Assembly (NCBI GenBank): GCA_002269645.1
Contig: NIVC01001176.1
Coordinates: 124,001-188,000, forward strand
DNA length: 64,000 nucleotides
Reading direction: 5' to 3'
Source of the DNA: Macrostomum lignano
Taxonomy: Eukaryota
Both the position numbers and the translations under genes were made by a program. Positions 13,901 through 23,874 of the stretch are shown here, piece by piece (the stretch's first letter is position 1; each line of letters opens with the position of its first letter). The notes beneath the pieces were generated by a model, which ran no database searches, was not told where the DNA came from, and saw only the letters and a list, made by a program, of their open reading frames with translations.

Positions 13901-15883
13901 AACCTGGCCGACGAGCAGGGCCGGACACCGCTGCACGTTGCTGCCTGGCTTGGCCGGGCCGAAGCAGCCGGCCTGTTGATCAGCCGGGGCGCCGACGTCA
14001 ACGCCAAGGACGCCGACGGTGGCAGTGCGTTGAGCGCCGCCGCCTGGCAGGGACAGGTGAGGCGTCAAATTAAAATGAATGTCAGATCGAATGACCTGTA
14101 GCTATGAACGATTTAAATGACCTGTAGCTATGACCGATTTGAATGACCTGTAGCTATGACCGATTTGAATGACCTGTAGCTATGACCGATTTGAATGACC
14201 TGTAGCTATGACCGATTTGAATGACCTGTAGCTATGACCGATTTGAATGACCTGTAGCTATGACCGATTTGAATGACCTGTAGCTATGACCGATTTGAAT
14301 GACCTGTAGCTATGACCGATTTGAATGACCTGTAGCTATGACCGATTTGAATGACCTGTAGCTATGACCGATTTGAATGACCTGTAGCTATGACCGATTT
14401 GAATGACCTGTAGCTATGACCGATTTGAATGACCTGTAGCTATGACCGATTTGAATGACCTATAGCTATGACCGATTTGAATGACCTGTAGCTATGACCG
14501 ATTTGAATGACCTGTAGCTATGACCGATTTGAATGACCTGTAGCTACGACCGACAGAATAAACAGCTATGACTCCATGGGGGGCCGTAGCCCAGCGGTAG
14601 CGCAGCTGCTCTGGTGTGCCAGCGACCCAGGCTCGATTCCAAGTGCAGTCACATTAATTTGGGGCTGAATTGGAATCTCGGCTTGGCTCTGCTCGTGCAA
14701 TTAACGGCCTTGAGAGCCAACCCCCCAAAGCGCAGTGAAGTGTAGTACATACCTAACGATAATATAAAGTTAGGGCCGCTGTACACTCCTGTGTGAGTGT
14801 GTGCCTGCGTACGTATCCGCGCGCTTGTATGCCTGCTCAGGGGAGTCGGCGGAATGGGCAGTAATGCCTCTCGCCGGTTGTGTGCCTATGTCGCTTAAAG
14901 TGCGCCAGGGTGCACACAGCCCCCCTGCCTCTAATAAAAAAACAGCTATGACTCCATATCGATGGCCTATAAAATTATCATGGGTTATTAACAAGTTATA
15001 ACTGGTTAGGAAATAACCTTTGCATATGAGTCTATGACCGGTCTACTGACCGCAGCTATAAAAGTGACAATTACAAACGCACCTGTCAATCAAGGCTCAC
15101 CTGTGCCAGCTGCTGCTAGCCAACGGCGCTGAAGTGGACTCAGTCTGCCGGCAGGGCGCCACGCCGCTGTGCATCGCCGCACAGGAGGGCCACCTGGCCG
15201 TCTGCCAAGTCCTGCTGGACGCCGGCGCCCGCGCCAACCACGTTGACAGAATCGGCCGGACCCCGTATCGGGTGGCCGTGAAATGCGGACACCGTCAGGT
15301 GGCCGAGCTGCTTCTGGCCCGTGGCGCCTCGCCGGGCGTCGCCTCATCTAGCAGCAACGGCGGCGGCGGTGGCGGCAGCGGCAGCGGTGCCACAGGCGGC
15401 AGCGGCGGCTCCGGCGGCTCCTCCGGCGGCGGCGGTTCGGGCTTCACTCGAATCACTCCTATACAGGGGGGTACGTTCAACAGTCAGCACCAGCTGTACC
15501 AGCATCATCAGTATCCGCATCATCGCGAGCTGCATCAGTTCCAGCAGCAGCAGCAACTGCCGCCAAGATCGAAGCCGACTCTGCAACTAATACTTAACAA
15601 TGGCGCCACAGTGATCAATGCCAACGCGTCCGATTTGTCCAACTCGTCGCCCGAGGAAGCGGCTTCCGCTGCGGCCGGTTCCGCCGTATCCGCAATCGGC
15701 AGGGGCGCCTCGCGTCGGAATGGCGACAAGCGGCGGCGAGCTGCAGTGGCGGCGGCGGCGGCCCAGCGGCAGGCGAGGACGAGCTGCTTGCCCGGCGGGC
15801 GGCGGCCGGCATCCGCCTGCAGAGCGGCGATCGAAAAGAGACGGCGTTCTGATCGATCGGATGAAGGAATCTCCCAATTTTGA
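7921..15883 (+). CDS. ANKRD50: ANKRD50-like NACHT/P-loop plus ankyrin-repeat protein; exons 7921-8676, 9622-10049, 11075-11621, 11740-12251, 12897-13171, 13572-14056, 15095-15883
   Basis: Motifs [14 protein letters not shown], Walker [76 protein letters not shown] and [10 protein letters not shown] match ANKRD50 as I recall it, followed by many ankyrin repeats (GRTPL/GRTAL). All six introns are GT-AG with compatible phases (0,2,0,2,1,0). Confidence 0.88.
8760..9470. repeat. 25-bp minisatellite in ANKRD50 intron 1 (ATGTCCGGTCCTAGTTGAGAGATTT)
   Basis: About 27 tandem copies. Confidence 0.95.
10062..10175 (-). mobile_element. Diverged partial copy of the SINE at 14578-14940
   Basis: Reverse complement AGGGCCACTGTACACCCTGTGTGAG...GGAATGGGCAG...TGCCTC resembles the 3' half of the 14.6-kb SINE. 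Confidence 0.5.
10305..11025. repeat. Purine-rich ~19-22-bp minisatellite in intron 2 (GAGAGCTGAAGGACAGGGG)
   Basis: More than 30 tandem copies with strong strand asymmetry. Confidence 0.95.
12365..12840. repeat. 20-bp minisatellite in intron 4 (AACAGGTTATGTTCCTGTCT)
   Basis: About 23 near-perfect copies. Confidence 0.95.
13171..13515 (+). repeat. 21-bp minisatellite at the exon 5 / intron 5 boundary; every unit carries a G|GTAGGT donor-like site
   Basis: Unit GGTAGGTT[G/A]CCGGCTGTATTG, 16 copies plus one variant; reads (GRLPAVL)n in the exon frame. Confidence 0.95.
14088..14550. repeat. 26-bp minisatellite in intron 6 (GCTATGACCGATTTGAATGACCTGTA)
   Basis: Period 26 (14101, 14127, 14153 and onward), about 17 copies. 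Confidence 0.95.
14578..14940 (+). mobile_element. tRNA-derived SINE with 17-bp target-site duplication
   Basis: Head GGGGGGCCGTAGCCCAGCGG...GGCTCGATTCC (A and B boxes), A-rich tail, flanked by AACAGCTATGACTCCAT at 14561-14577 and 14941-14957. Confidence 0.8.
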
Positions 15884-16461
15884 TTGCATAAATTGCATGC
15901 CCTTTTTTGCTGTGCAAGCTACCGCTGCCAACACTATGATTATTATATTACTATTATTATTAGTATTATTATATCGTTTAAACTAAGTAATCTTTCATTA
16001 AACATGCTTTTTTAGCGTCCTTTTGTTAAGGTGTTTCCCGGGTTTTGGATAGTAATGCACTACTAACGCCAAGGATCACTTAGTAGCAATACGCTAATAA
16101 AACAGTAAAATTTTGTTTATAAATCTGCGCCATCAATAATTAACTTTGCACAGCTTAATCAATGAATTCTTTATAATTATTGACGTTTAACATAAGCAGA
16201 TAATGGTGTGCAATTTTTGTCATGCATTTCTCATCGATTTGATCGTTTTAATAATGATTAAATATTAAATTTTGGTAGATTTTCGTCTCTATTAGCGTTT
16301 GTTACTGTGCAATAAAAATTATATTTCAGAAAAAGTTTTTTGTATTAGTCATGCCAACTGTTGATAGCACCGGAGTGTTTCTTAGAAAGCTTTTGAAGGA
16401 ATTGTTGAAGTCATTGTGGAATCTGCGTTGATTTGTTTTGTTTTTCCACAGATACTATAAT

Positions 16462-16690
16462 AACTAGAAGGGCCACTCAGGCATATATACTTAGCAAAAC
16501 GCTTTCTACTTTCAGATCAGTAGTAAAAAAGAATACATAGGCTATTTTATAAGAATAAAGGCAGCTGAGATGACTTTGCTAAGAGCCAATAACTGAGCCT
16601 TGCCTTTAAAAATACATTAAAATGCTTCTGTTTAACTTACTACTGAACTGAAAGTAGCTTGCACGCAAATTTGCTGAGTGGCCCATCTGG
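16462..16690. mobile_element. Short dispersed non-autonomous element (copy 2) with TIR GGGCCACTCAG / CTGAGTGGCCC
   Basis: Inverted repeat at 16470-16480 and 16674-16684; internal similarity to 6080-6519. Confidence 0.55.
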
Positions 16691-17199
16691 ATTTTTCGTT
16701 GTTAAAATTTGAGCCTTCAAATAATCTTCTTTGAAACCAATTATCGTGCAGTTTTTTCATCAAGTTATATTTGTGGATAACTAGTTATTAGATGATATTA
16801 GAGATGTCACTAAGTCGTGGGTCGCACTCTATTCGATGTTTTTATTAAATATTTTAGATTTTATAATATTTTTAACAGTTATTTGTTTGCTGTCTCCTCA
16901 GCGCTGAGCTTCTTTTCTTTGTTTTTTGGCTTTTTTCTGCTTTTGTTTGATTGCTTTTGTTGCATTGATTGTTCTGAAGCAATAGCTGCAGTTTTTCTAT
17001 AGATTATCATAGATGGGCAACCTGTTTTCAGTTGCACCGCATCGATGACTCTAGCAATCTCATTGCTTGCTTTTTGTCTACTGACACCAGTGCGAGGCTA
17101 TCCTTGAGTCTCCTGTGCTTATTGAGCATACAGTTAATTGTCTGCTGCTTCTGGTGGATTCACTTTTTGGATCTGTTTGATAGAGTTTTTAAGTACAGT

Positions 17200-17628
17200 A
17201 TTCTTTAGGGATGAGATTTTGATCGACAGTACTCTCTAGGGGTGAGATTTTGATAGGCATTATTATCTAGGGGTGAGATTTTGATATGCGGTATTCTACA
17301 GGGATGAGATTTTGGTAGGCAGTTTTCTCTAGTGATGCGATTTTGATAGGCAGTATTATCTAGGGGTGAGATTTTGATAGTTCAGTATTATCTAGGGGTG
17401 AGATTTTGATAGTTCAGTATTATCTAGGGGTGAGATTTTGATAGGCAGTATTATCTAGGGGTGAGATTTTGATAGTTCAGTATTATCTAGGGGTGAGATT
17501 TTGATAGTTCAGTATTATCTAGGGGTGAGATTTTGATAGGCAGTATTATATAGAGGTGAGATTTTGATAGGCAGTATTATCTAGGGGTGAGATTTTGATA
17601 GGCAGTATTATCTAGGGGTGAGATTTTC
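17200..17628. repeat. 31-32-bp minisatellite (ATTATCTAGGGGTGAGATTTTGATAGGCAGT)
   Basis: About 13 tandem copies. Confidence 0.9.
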
Positions 17629-18509
17629 AGACGCAGTAAGCTCTCTGCATATAGATAAGATTTGGCAAGATAAGCAGCAGTACATTAAAAGTCGCTAAAT
17701 TGCAGATCGCATGTGATAACTTCAAACGTCTTGCTCTGCTGTGTTCTATTCTACCTACTGGGAAGTAGTGAATTTGTATTCGTCTCTTTTTTGCATCTGT
17801 CGTCTTCCCCTGTTCGACTTGCACTTTCTAGAACTGGCCATGTCACGCTGCCTGTCAATTTTGCTATGCTATAAATTTATCTATATAAGTCGAGAATAAT
17901 ATATTCTAGATCAATTTTAGTGCTATATATTTCGCTATCTTTATTTTGCCGTGCGTTTGCATTATCATGTTTCTTTTAGTTGCTTTCATTCACAGTCACT
18001 GTTATTAAGTTATAAGTATTCAAAATTGAAAAATGGCGGAGACAATATATAAATATACGACTTTCTTACCGCTGATAACCGATATAAACTCGAAGTTCTG
18101 CTGCTTTCAATTCGGTTTTTACTTTTTATCTGAATCAAATATTGCCAATACAAACTACTGTGAGTAGCGAGCATTAGAATTTTTTGTAAAATTGTAAAAA
18201 AAACTTATAAAATGGATAGTTTTTGGGTTAGGGGTAGGTTCTGGGTAGCATTGGAGTCAAGTTGTGGGTAGGATCAAGGACTACTAGACTAGCTAGACGT
18301 AACAATGGGAAATGGTGGAAATTTTTGGAGGCCGGCTTGATTCTGCACAATGAGCGTATGTGCAATTGACAAAGTATTTGCTGGGAGACTTCAGAAAGCT
18401 TTATTTTTTATTTATTTTTAGCTTCATAATATCATGTCACTCATATCAAGTCGGTTTGAGTAAAAGTCATGTAACAGTTATGACGTTCTCAGTCTGTCAG
18501 TATCAGTCA

Positions 18510-18975
18510 TGGGGTAGGATTGGGGTAGGTTGGTGTAGGATTGGAGTAAGGGTTGTGGGTAGGGTTGGGGTAGGGTTGGTGTAGGATTGGAGCAAGGGTT
18601 GTGGGTAGGGTTAGGGTAAGGGTTGTGGGTAGGATTGGAGTAAGGGTTGTGGGTAGGATTAGAGTAAGGGTTGTGGGTAGGGTTAGGGTAAGGGTTGTGG
18701 GTAGGATTGGAGTAAGGGTTGTGGGTAGGATTAGAGTAAGGGTTGTGGGTAGGGTTGGGGTAAGGGTTGTGGGTAGGGTTGGGGTAAGGGTTGTGGGTAG
18801 GGTTGGGGTAAGGGTTGTGGGTAGGGTTGGGGTAAGGGTTGTGGGTAGGGTTGGGGTAAGGGTTGTTGGTAGGGTTGGGGTAAGAGTTTTGGGTAGAGTT
18901 GGTGTAGGATTGGGGTAGGGTTGGTGTAGGATTAGGGTAAGGGTTGTGGGTAGAGTTGGTGTAGGATTAGGTTAA
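18510..18975 (+). repeat. G-rich 24-bp minisatellite (GGGTAGGGTTGGGGTAAGGGTTGT), G-quadruplex-competent
   Basis: Core units each carry four G>=3 tracts with short loops. Confidence 0.9.
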
Positions 18976-20469
18976 GTTTTGTGAAGGCTGCCAAGCTGAC
19001 GGATGAACAGCTATTCAAGTTGCCTGCCGATCTGATTGGACCTCACGAATCCACTTTAATTGTCCTCCAAGTCTGCTTGGCGATAACCTTGGCCTGCATG
19101 TCTGCAGAGGCCTTGACCACCACCACATGAGGCAGCGCTTGTGTCGCCATCGAATGGCGCACCTGAATGTGCTTTGCGTAAAAATTTTGTGTTGGTCAAG
19201 TTGTACATTCCTATCCATTTCATATGCTTTTTCTTAAAATTGTAGGGGAAAACGTGTATAATTTTCCTTGCATTCGCTATTATGATCATCGTCTCTAAGA
19301 ATGAAAGCCTATAGCCGGCTTTGGGAAATCCTTTTCTTTTATCGGTCAATGAACCGGTGTTAGGCTTTCTGTTCACTGTGGTCTTAATTTGTCCAGGGAA
19401 CATCGCAAAGCAAAATTATTGTCGCATTGCGATAACCTACCCTGGATAATCCAAGGCACAACAAAATCGGGCTTTGAAATATCCTGGGTCTTGAATTGTC
19501 CGGGGTGAATAAAGATTGGGGTGGCAGGTTTGTCAAATTATGTAAATGCGTGGGGCAGAAGGACACCATTAAGCGAGAATGAGACTGACTCATAATACAC
19601 CTATTCTTTTCCGATATATATGGAATATATTTCTTGTCCAAGTCCTACGTTTTGAAAACAAAATCACTCGGTGGCGAAAGTAACGCTAAATCAAGTGTTT
19701 TTTAGCGACGAGCATGTTGAGCTGCCGGAACATTCCAGTACAAAAGAGAGAGAAAATCTGCAGAAGACGTGGAAGCGGGTCTACCGCATCATCAAATGTC
19801 TCGGCAAAAATAGCTCGTACTTATCAGCTGGCTTCGAGAGCTTCGGCTCTCGGGCCCTAAAAAATAGTGCCCGGAAAAGCGTGCTTTATCTTCTACATAG
19901 CACCAGAGCCAAAAAGTGTTGAATAATGACAGCGACAAAAGTGTTAAATATTGACCGCAAAAAGTGTGGAACAATGGATCGCTCGTAAATAATCAGCGGT
20001 CCCAGTGCGTGACAACGATTGCCTGGCGAGTGCCGGTAGGTGCGAGCCATAGACAAATCGTTGTCACGTGCTGCGACCGCTGATTCTTTGCATTGTTTTT
20101 TGTTTGACGATCCTACAGACAATGCATTGTTTGTAGTAATGGATTGTTCTGCATTAAAAATGTGAATAATGATCGTCAAATTGCTAAACAGTGCATTTTT
20201 TGTATAGCTTGTTGCGTTCTAGTTTGGACTGCGGGCATTTAATTTGGACACAGAGTTACGCAAAGCCCAGAGAATTCTGGCTAGTCTATGGCACAAACCA
20301 GAAGCAACTGACGGGCTTTTAAATTCGACAGCGGGCACAAATCTGAAGTCTTTTCCTTCCCCTTTCTCTTGCATGTTTTTTTTGCAAAACAACTCAGAAT
20401 TGAAGCTATACTTAAGCGAGAACGTTTCATTTTACAAAGCAGAGCAGAGCGGAGAGAGCCAAACTAAAA

Positions 20470-21536
20470 ATGGAGGCACCACAGGTTGTGCACTTAATAA
20501 ATTATCAGCATCTTCCGGTTGACAGTCTCAATGGTTTCACACGCGAGGAATTGAATATCGTTGCCGAGTTGTCCGGGATCGACTGCCGTAGGGACGAATT
20601 AGTGAGCGATTTTATCTCCTTCATTGAACGCTCTCTGGGCGAAGATGTGTCAGCTATTCCTATTCCCGACCTACCAGCCGATTTCAATCAAGAACTCAAA
20701 GAGCTAGACGACGCAGAAATTGCTGGTCTTCCTGCGAGTAGTCGTAAGCAGATGTTTGAGCATGGAGAAAGGCTGGTTGAATTCTTGAACAGCCGTGGTT
20801 TAAACGCCAATCTTGGTAACTTTAATGACGCCACTCTGAATCAATACCTGCGCATCTAAAGACAAAGGAAGGCCGCGGTTATTCACCTTCTTCGCTAGTT
20901 TGCATTCGTGCTGGAATACAACGATACTTGAATATTGTAGTGAAACGCAGGACCAACTTAGTTGCTAACGGAACTCCTTTCGACGGTTCCAATCGCATGT
21001 TACAGTACAAAATCCGGGAATACATTCAGTCTGGACAATCTACACAGAGCTTCGATCCAATTGAAGAAGGCGATGTGTTGACGCTTCGGGCTTTTTTCGA
21101 TCGCAGTGACGCTGAGCGGCTACAATACGAAGTTATGTTTGAGTTGCTATACCAATTGGGCGAGCTTGGTCAGGAACATTTAAAGTAATTTCTGACGAAG
21201 AAGCCTCTGATTCGCCGCGTCGATGCGGATGGCAGATCCTACGCTTGTCTGCCTCTGCTACCGTCCAAGAACCGCCGAGCTGAACTGGACTCTGCTGCAG
21301 TAGCAGACGATAAACACGCAAGGATGTATGAAACCAAACTTCTGGATTTGTACGAGGCATCAATTCCTACGAATTGTGAATCGTTTTTACCGCGGCCGAT
21401 AAAGTCTACGTCGGAGAAAAATTTTAATTTCTCAACGAATGCGCATCGCGGATACAGATTTCTGCAAGAATTTATGTCCAATCTGTCTGAGAAAGCCAAG
21501 CTAAGCAAACGATACACGAATCACTGCTTCAGGTAA
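20470..21536 (+). pseudogene. Crypton-type tyrosine recombinase (DUF3504-like), disrupted
   Basis: Fragments 20470-20859, 20928-21188 and 21324-21536 contain PFDGSNRML, PIEEGDVLTL, FDRSDAERLQYEVMFELLYQLGELGQE and LSKRYTNHCFR, matching Crypton YR motifs (F..SN..L; LQ..V.F...FG.RG.E; YTNHS.R). Stops and frameshifts separate the pieces. Confidence 0.72.
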
Positions 21537-22611
21537 TCTTGAACTACGATAAAATAGTACTACAGAATAATAGTAGCAGGAGTAAGCAAAAATAACGGTA
21601 CTAAATATATTTGCATTCAAAAACGATTTTTTCCAGAGTGACGCGAATTTGTGACCTGGATTCTTGTGGTCAAAGCGTTCACGACATTATGCTAGTAACT
21701 GGGCAGTAGAATGCATGAGGGGGCTTCTGGGACAAATTTTTTAACGTCCTCCATAATCCCATTAAATCCATCTATATTATCCCCGACAGAATCAGAAAAA
21801 AAGGGGGTCGCACTTGCTCCAAAAACTTCGAACATAATCCTATTAAATCCATCCATATTATCCCTGACAGAATCAGAGCATAACAGGTGTCCTACTTGCT
21901 CCGAAAACTTCGAACATAATCCCATTAAATCCATCCATATTATCCCTGAATCAGAAAAAAAGAGGGTCGCACTTGCTCCGAAAACGTCATCCATAATCCT
22001 CCTAACCTATCCTCCTTCCTCCCTGACAGAATTAGAGCATAACAGGTGTCCTACATAATCCACTGACATCCACCCATAGCATCTTCGAAACATTCAGAAA
22101 ATAATCTGCATTCTTCTCCCCACATTCAATTCGCAACGCGAAACCAGATCCCTAAGACTTTACATCATCAGCGCAGGGTCCTTACCCTTTGAAAAAATCT
22201 AAATTTTCTCTAAAAATGCTTCCAATCGTCTCTCCAGGTTCTTATTACAAAGCGCACGAGCCTAATTACAAGAGTAAGTACCAATGCAAACTAGAATGCA
22301 GCGAGTACATGAGAAAATATTGGCCCAGCGTTTATATCAATGTCCCTAATAATAATCAAGCTCTGTACAGAGAAGTCTCACCCCGGTGAGACTTCAGTTC
22401 TCACCCCCTCAGTGTAGCTCAGTGTACGATAGAACATAGGCGTGTGAAAGTACTAACATTTAAAAATGGCCCCACTGGTAGCTATTCTAAGCGTTCTCAT
22501 TGGTTGATAAGATTATACAAAAGAGAGAGTGGAAATGACTTGTTACTAAAAATAACTCAAGACTGCTAATGCGATCGTATTTCAAATTGGCTAAGTCATA
22601 ACCCGTAACCG

Positions 22612-23268
22612 TCACTGTCTCCACGTCGCCGCATCCGTCTGGTAGCGCACCTCGTCCCGAATGAGCTTCATATTTTCCAGAACGAAGCTAACTGGTACGG
22701 CGCAGCGTTGTAGGGCCGGAAATTCTGTCAATAAGTCGTACACTCTCAACTTCTTGTCCAAAGTCTGCCTCGATACTTGTAGATTAAGCCGTCGAATTAT
22801 ATTCCGAACCGACTTTAGTGTACATTTGAGTCGGTGAATGATGGAGCCGATGTAAAATGACACAATTAATGTGCGCTTATCGTAAAAAGTCTCATGTTGA
22901 AAAAATTCCGCCAGCATGTTCTGTACAGTGGGTAGAACAGTGGGTAGATGACGAAAGTTCAACGCGCGCATACTTTCCTCGATCACTGATAGCTCCCTTG
23001 TTGGCGCTTGAACTTCGACTCCATACGAAGCACGAAAGCGCTGGAAAACAGCAGCTACTCGCGCTTCGTAGGCGGAAATATCGCGTTGGGTTTGTCCTTC
23101 CATGCGAGCCAAATCGTGTTGTATTTTCTCCTCTTTGAAATTTTCAAACAATTGTTGGAGTCCATCTCTCTGCTCTAAAGGTATTAAATTAATCAAATCG
23201 TTCACAAATGCGTTAAGTCGAGCGGTTCTAACTGTAATTCTTTCATCCATTGCGTTTTCTAATAGCAA
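22612..23268 (-). CDS. Hypothetical 218-aa protein, probably a Polinton-like accessory ORF
   Basis: Intronless, non-repetitive open frame co-oriented with and downstream of the PLA2; no family recognised. Confidence 0.5.
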   Translation of the reverse strand: MLLENAMDERITVRTARLNAFVNDLINLIPLEQRDGLQQLFENFKEEKIQHDLARMEGQTQRDISAYEARVAAVFQRFRASYGVEVQAPTRELSVIEESMRALNFRHLPTVLPTVQNMLAEFFQHETFYDKRTLIVSFYIGSIIHRLKCTLKSVRNIIRRLNLQVSRQTLDKKLRVYDLLTEFPALQRCAVPVSFVLENMKLIRDEVRYQTDAATWRQ

Positions 23269-23400
23269 TTGAGTGAAGAGGGCTGGCTGGCTTCCGCCTT
23301 TACTTAAAAACCGTCATGTAGGGTTTGAGGTGGTAGTGGTTGCTGGGCCTTGGTTATGCGCAGTTCAGTTCAGACGTGGCTAAAAATATGCTAAATCATG

Positions 23401-23859
23401 CTAGCTAAAATCGTATATGGTATCATTCTGCTCTCTCAACCCCAGCTCTTTCAGTAGTCTTCCTAGTTCTTTACTTGGCGCGTGCAATACAAAACCTGCC
23501 CCTTCTCCCAAACAGCCGCCAAGCCCCAACCCCAACTTTGTCTTACCAAAAATAACAGCTTTAACTAGCTTCCGAGCGATCGATTCCTTCCACCCCCTTG
23601 AAATCCCCATATTGTCTAATCTCCTAAGCATTTCTTTATCCCAGCGATTCTTCTCCTCAGGATAATCCCTATACTTAACGTCGTGCCACATGCAGACAGA
23701 GTCTAGCTCGTTCACAGGCTCATGCCAAGGATTTGGATTATTGTTTTTATCGAACTGAATTTCAAGTGGATTCAAAGGCCCGCAATATTTGTAGCCGGGA
23801 ATTGTCCAGCCTTTGTTTGGATGAAGAAGCTTTTCAATTAATCCGTGAGCATCAGGCAT
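23401..23859 (-). CDS. Parvovirus VP1u-type phospholipase A2 (PLA2X / Parvo_coat_N-like)
   Basis: Ca-loop IPGYKYCGPLNPL, catalytic PVNELDSVCMWHDVKY, and tail ARKLVKAVIFGKTKLGLG of the kind I recall in Polinton/adintovirus PLA2 ORFs. A-rich Kozak context AAAAATG. Confidence 0.85.
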   Translation of the reverse strand: MPDAHGLIEKLLHPNKGWTIPGYKYCGPLNPLEIQFDKNNNPNPWHEPVNELDSVCMWHDVKYRDYPEEKNRWDKEMLRRLDNMGISRGWKESIARKLVKAVIFGKTKLGLGLGGCLGEGAGFVLHAPSKELGRLLKELGLREQNDTIYDFS

Positions 23860-23874
23860 TTTTATTTAAAAAAA

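Larger units (their letters stand above)
21700..23874. mobile_element. Polinton/Maverick (adintovirus-like) fragment
   Basis: Contains a standalone parvovirus-type PLA2 and an intronless orphan ORF. 21700-22365 is similar to 63270-63800, which abuts a putative minor-capsid C-terminus. Cut on the right by the Helitron at 23875. Confidence 0.6.

Noticed and set aside
8074-15934. Numerous antisense and alternate-frame ORFs over ANKRD50 exons
   Set aside because: These are shadows of GC-rich coding sequence with no recognisable motifs.
19015-20250. Short ORFs upstream of the Crypton fragment
   Set aside because: No motif recognised in any frame; may be decayed TE sequence but cannot be assigned.
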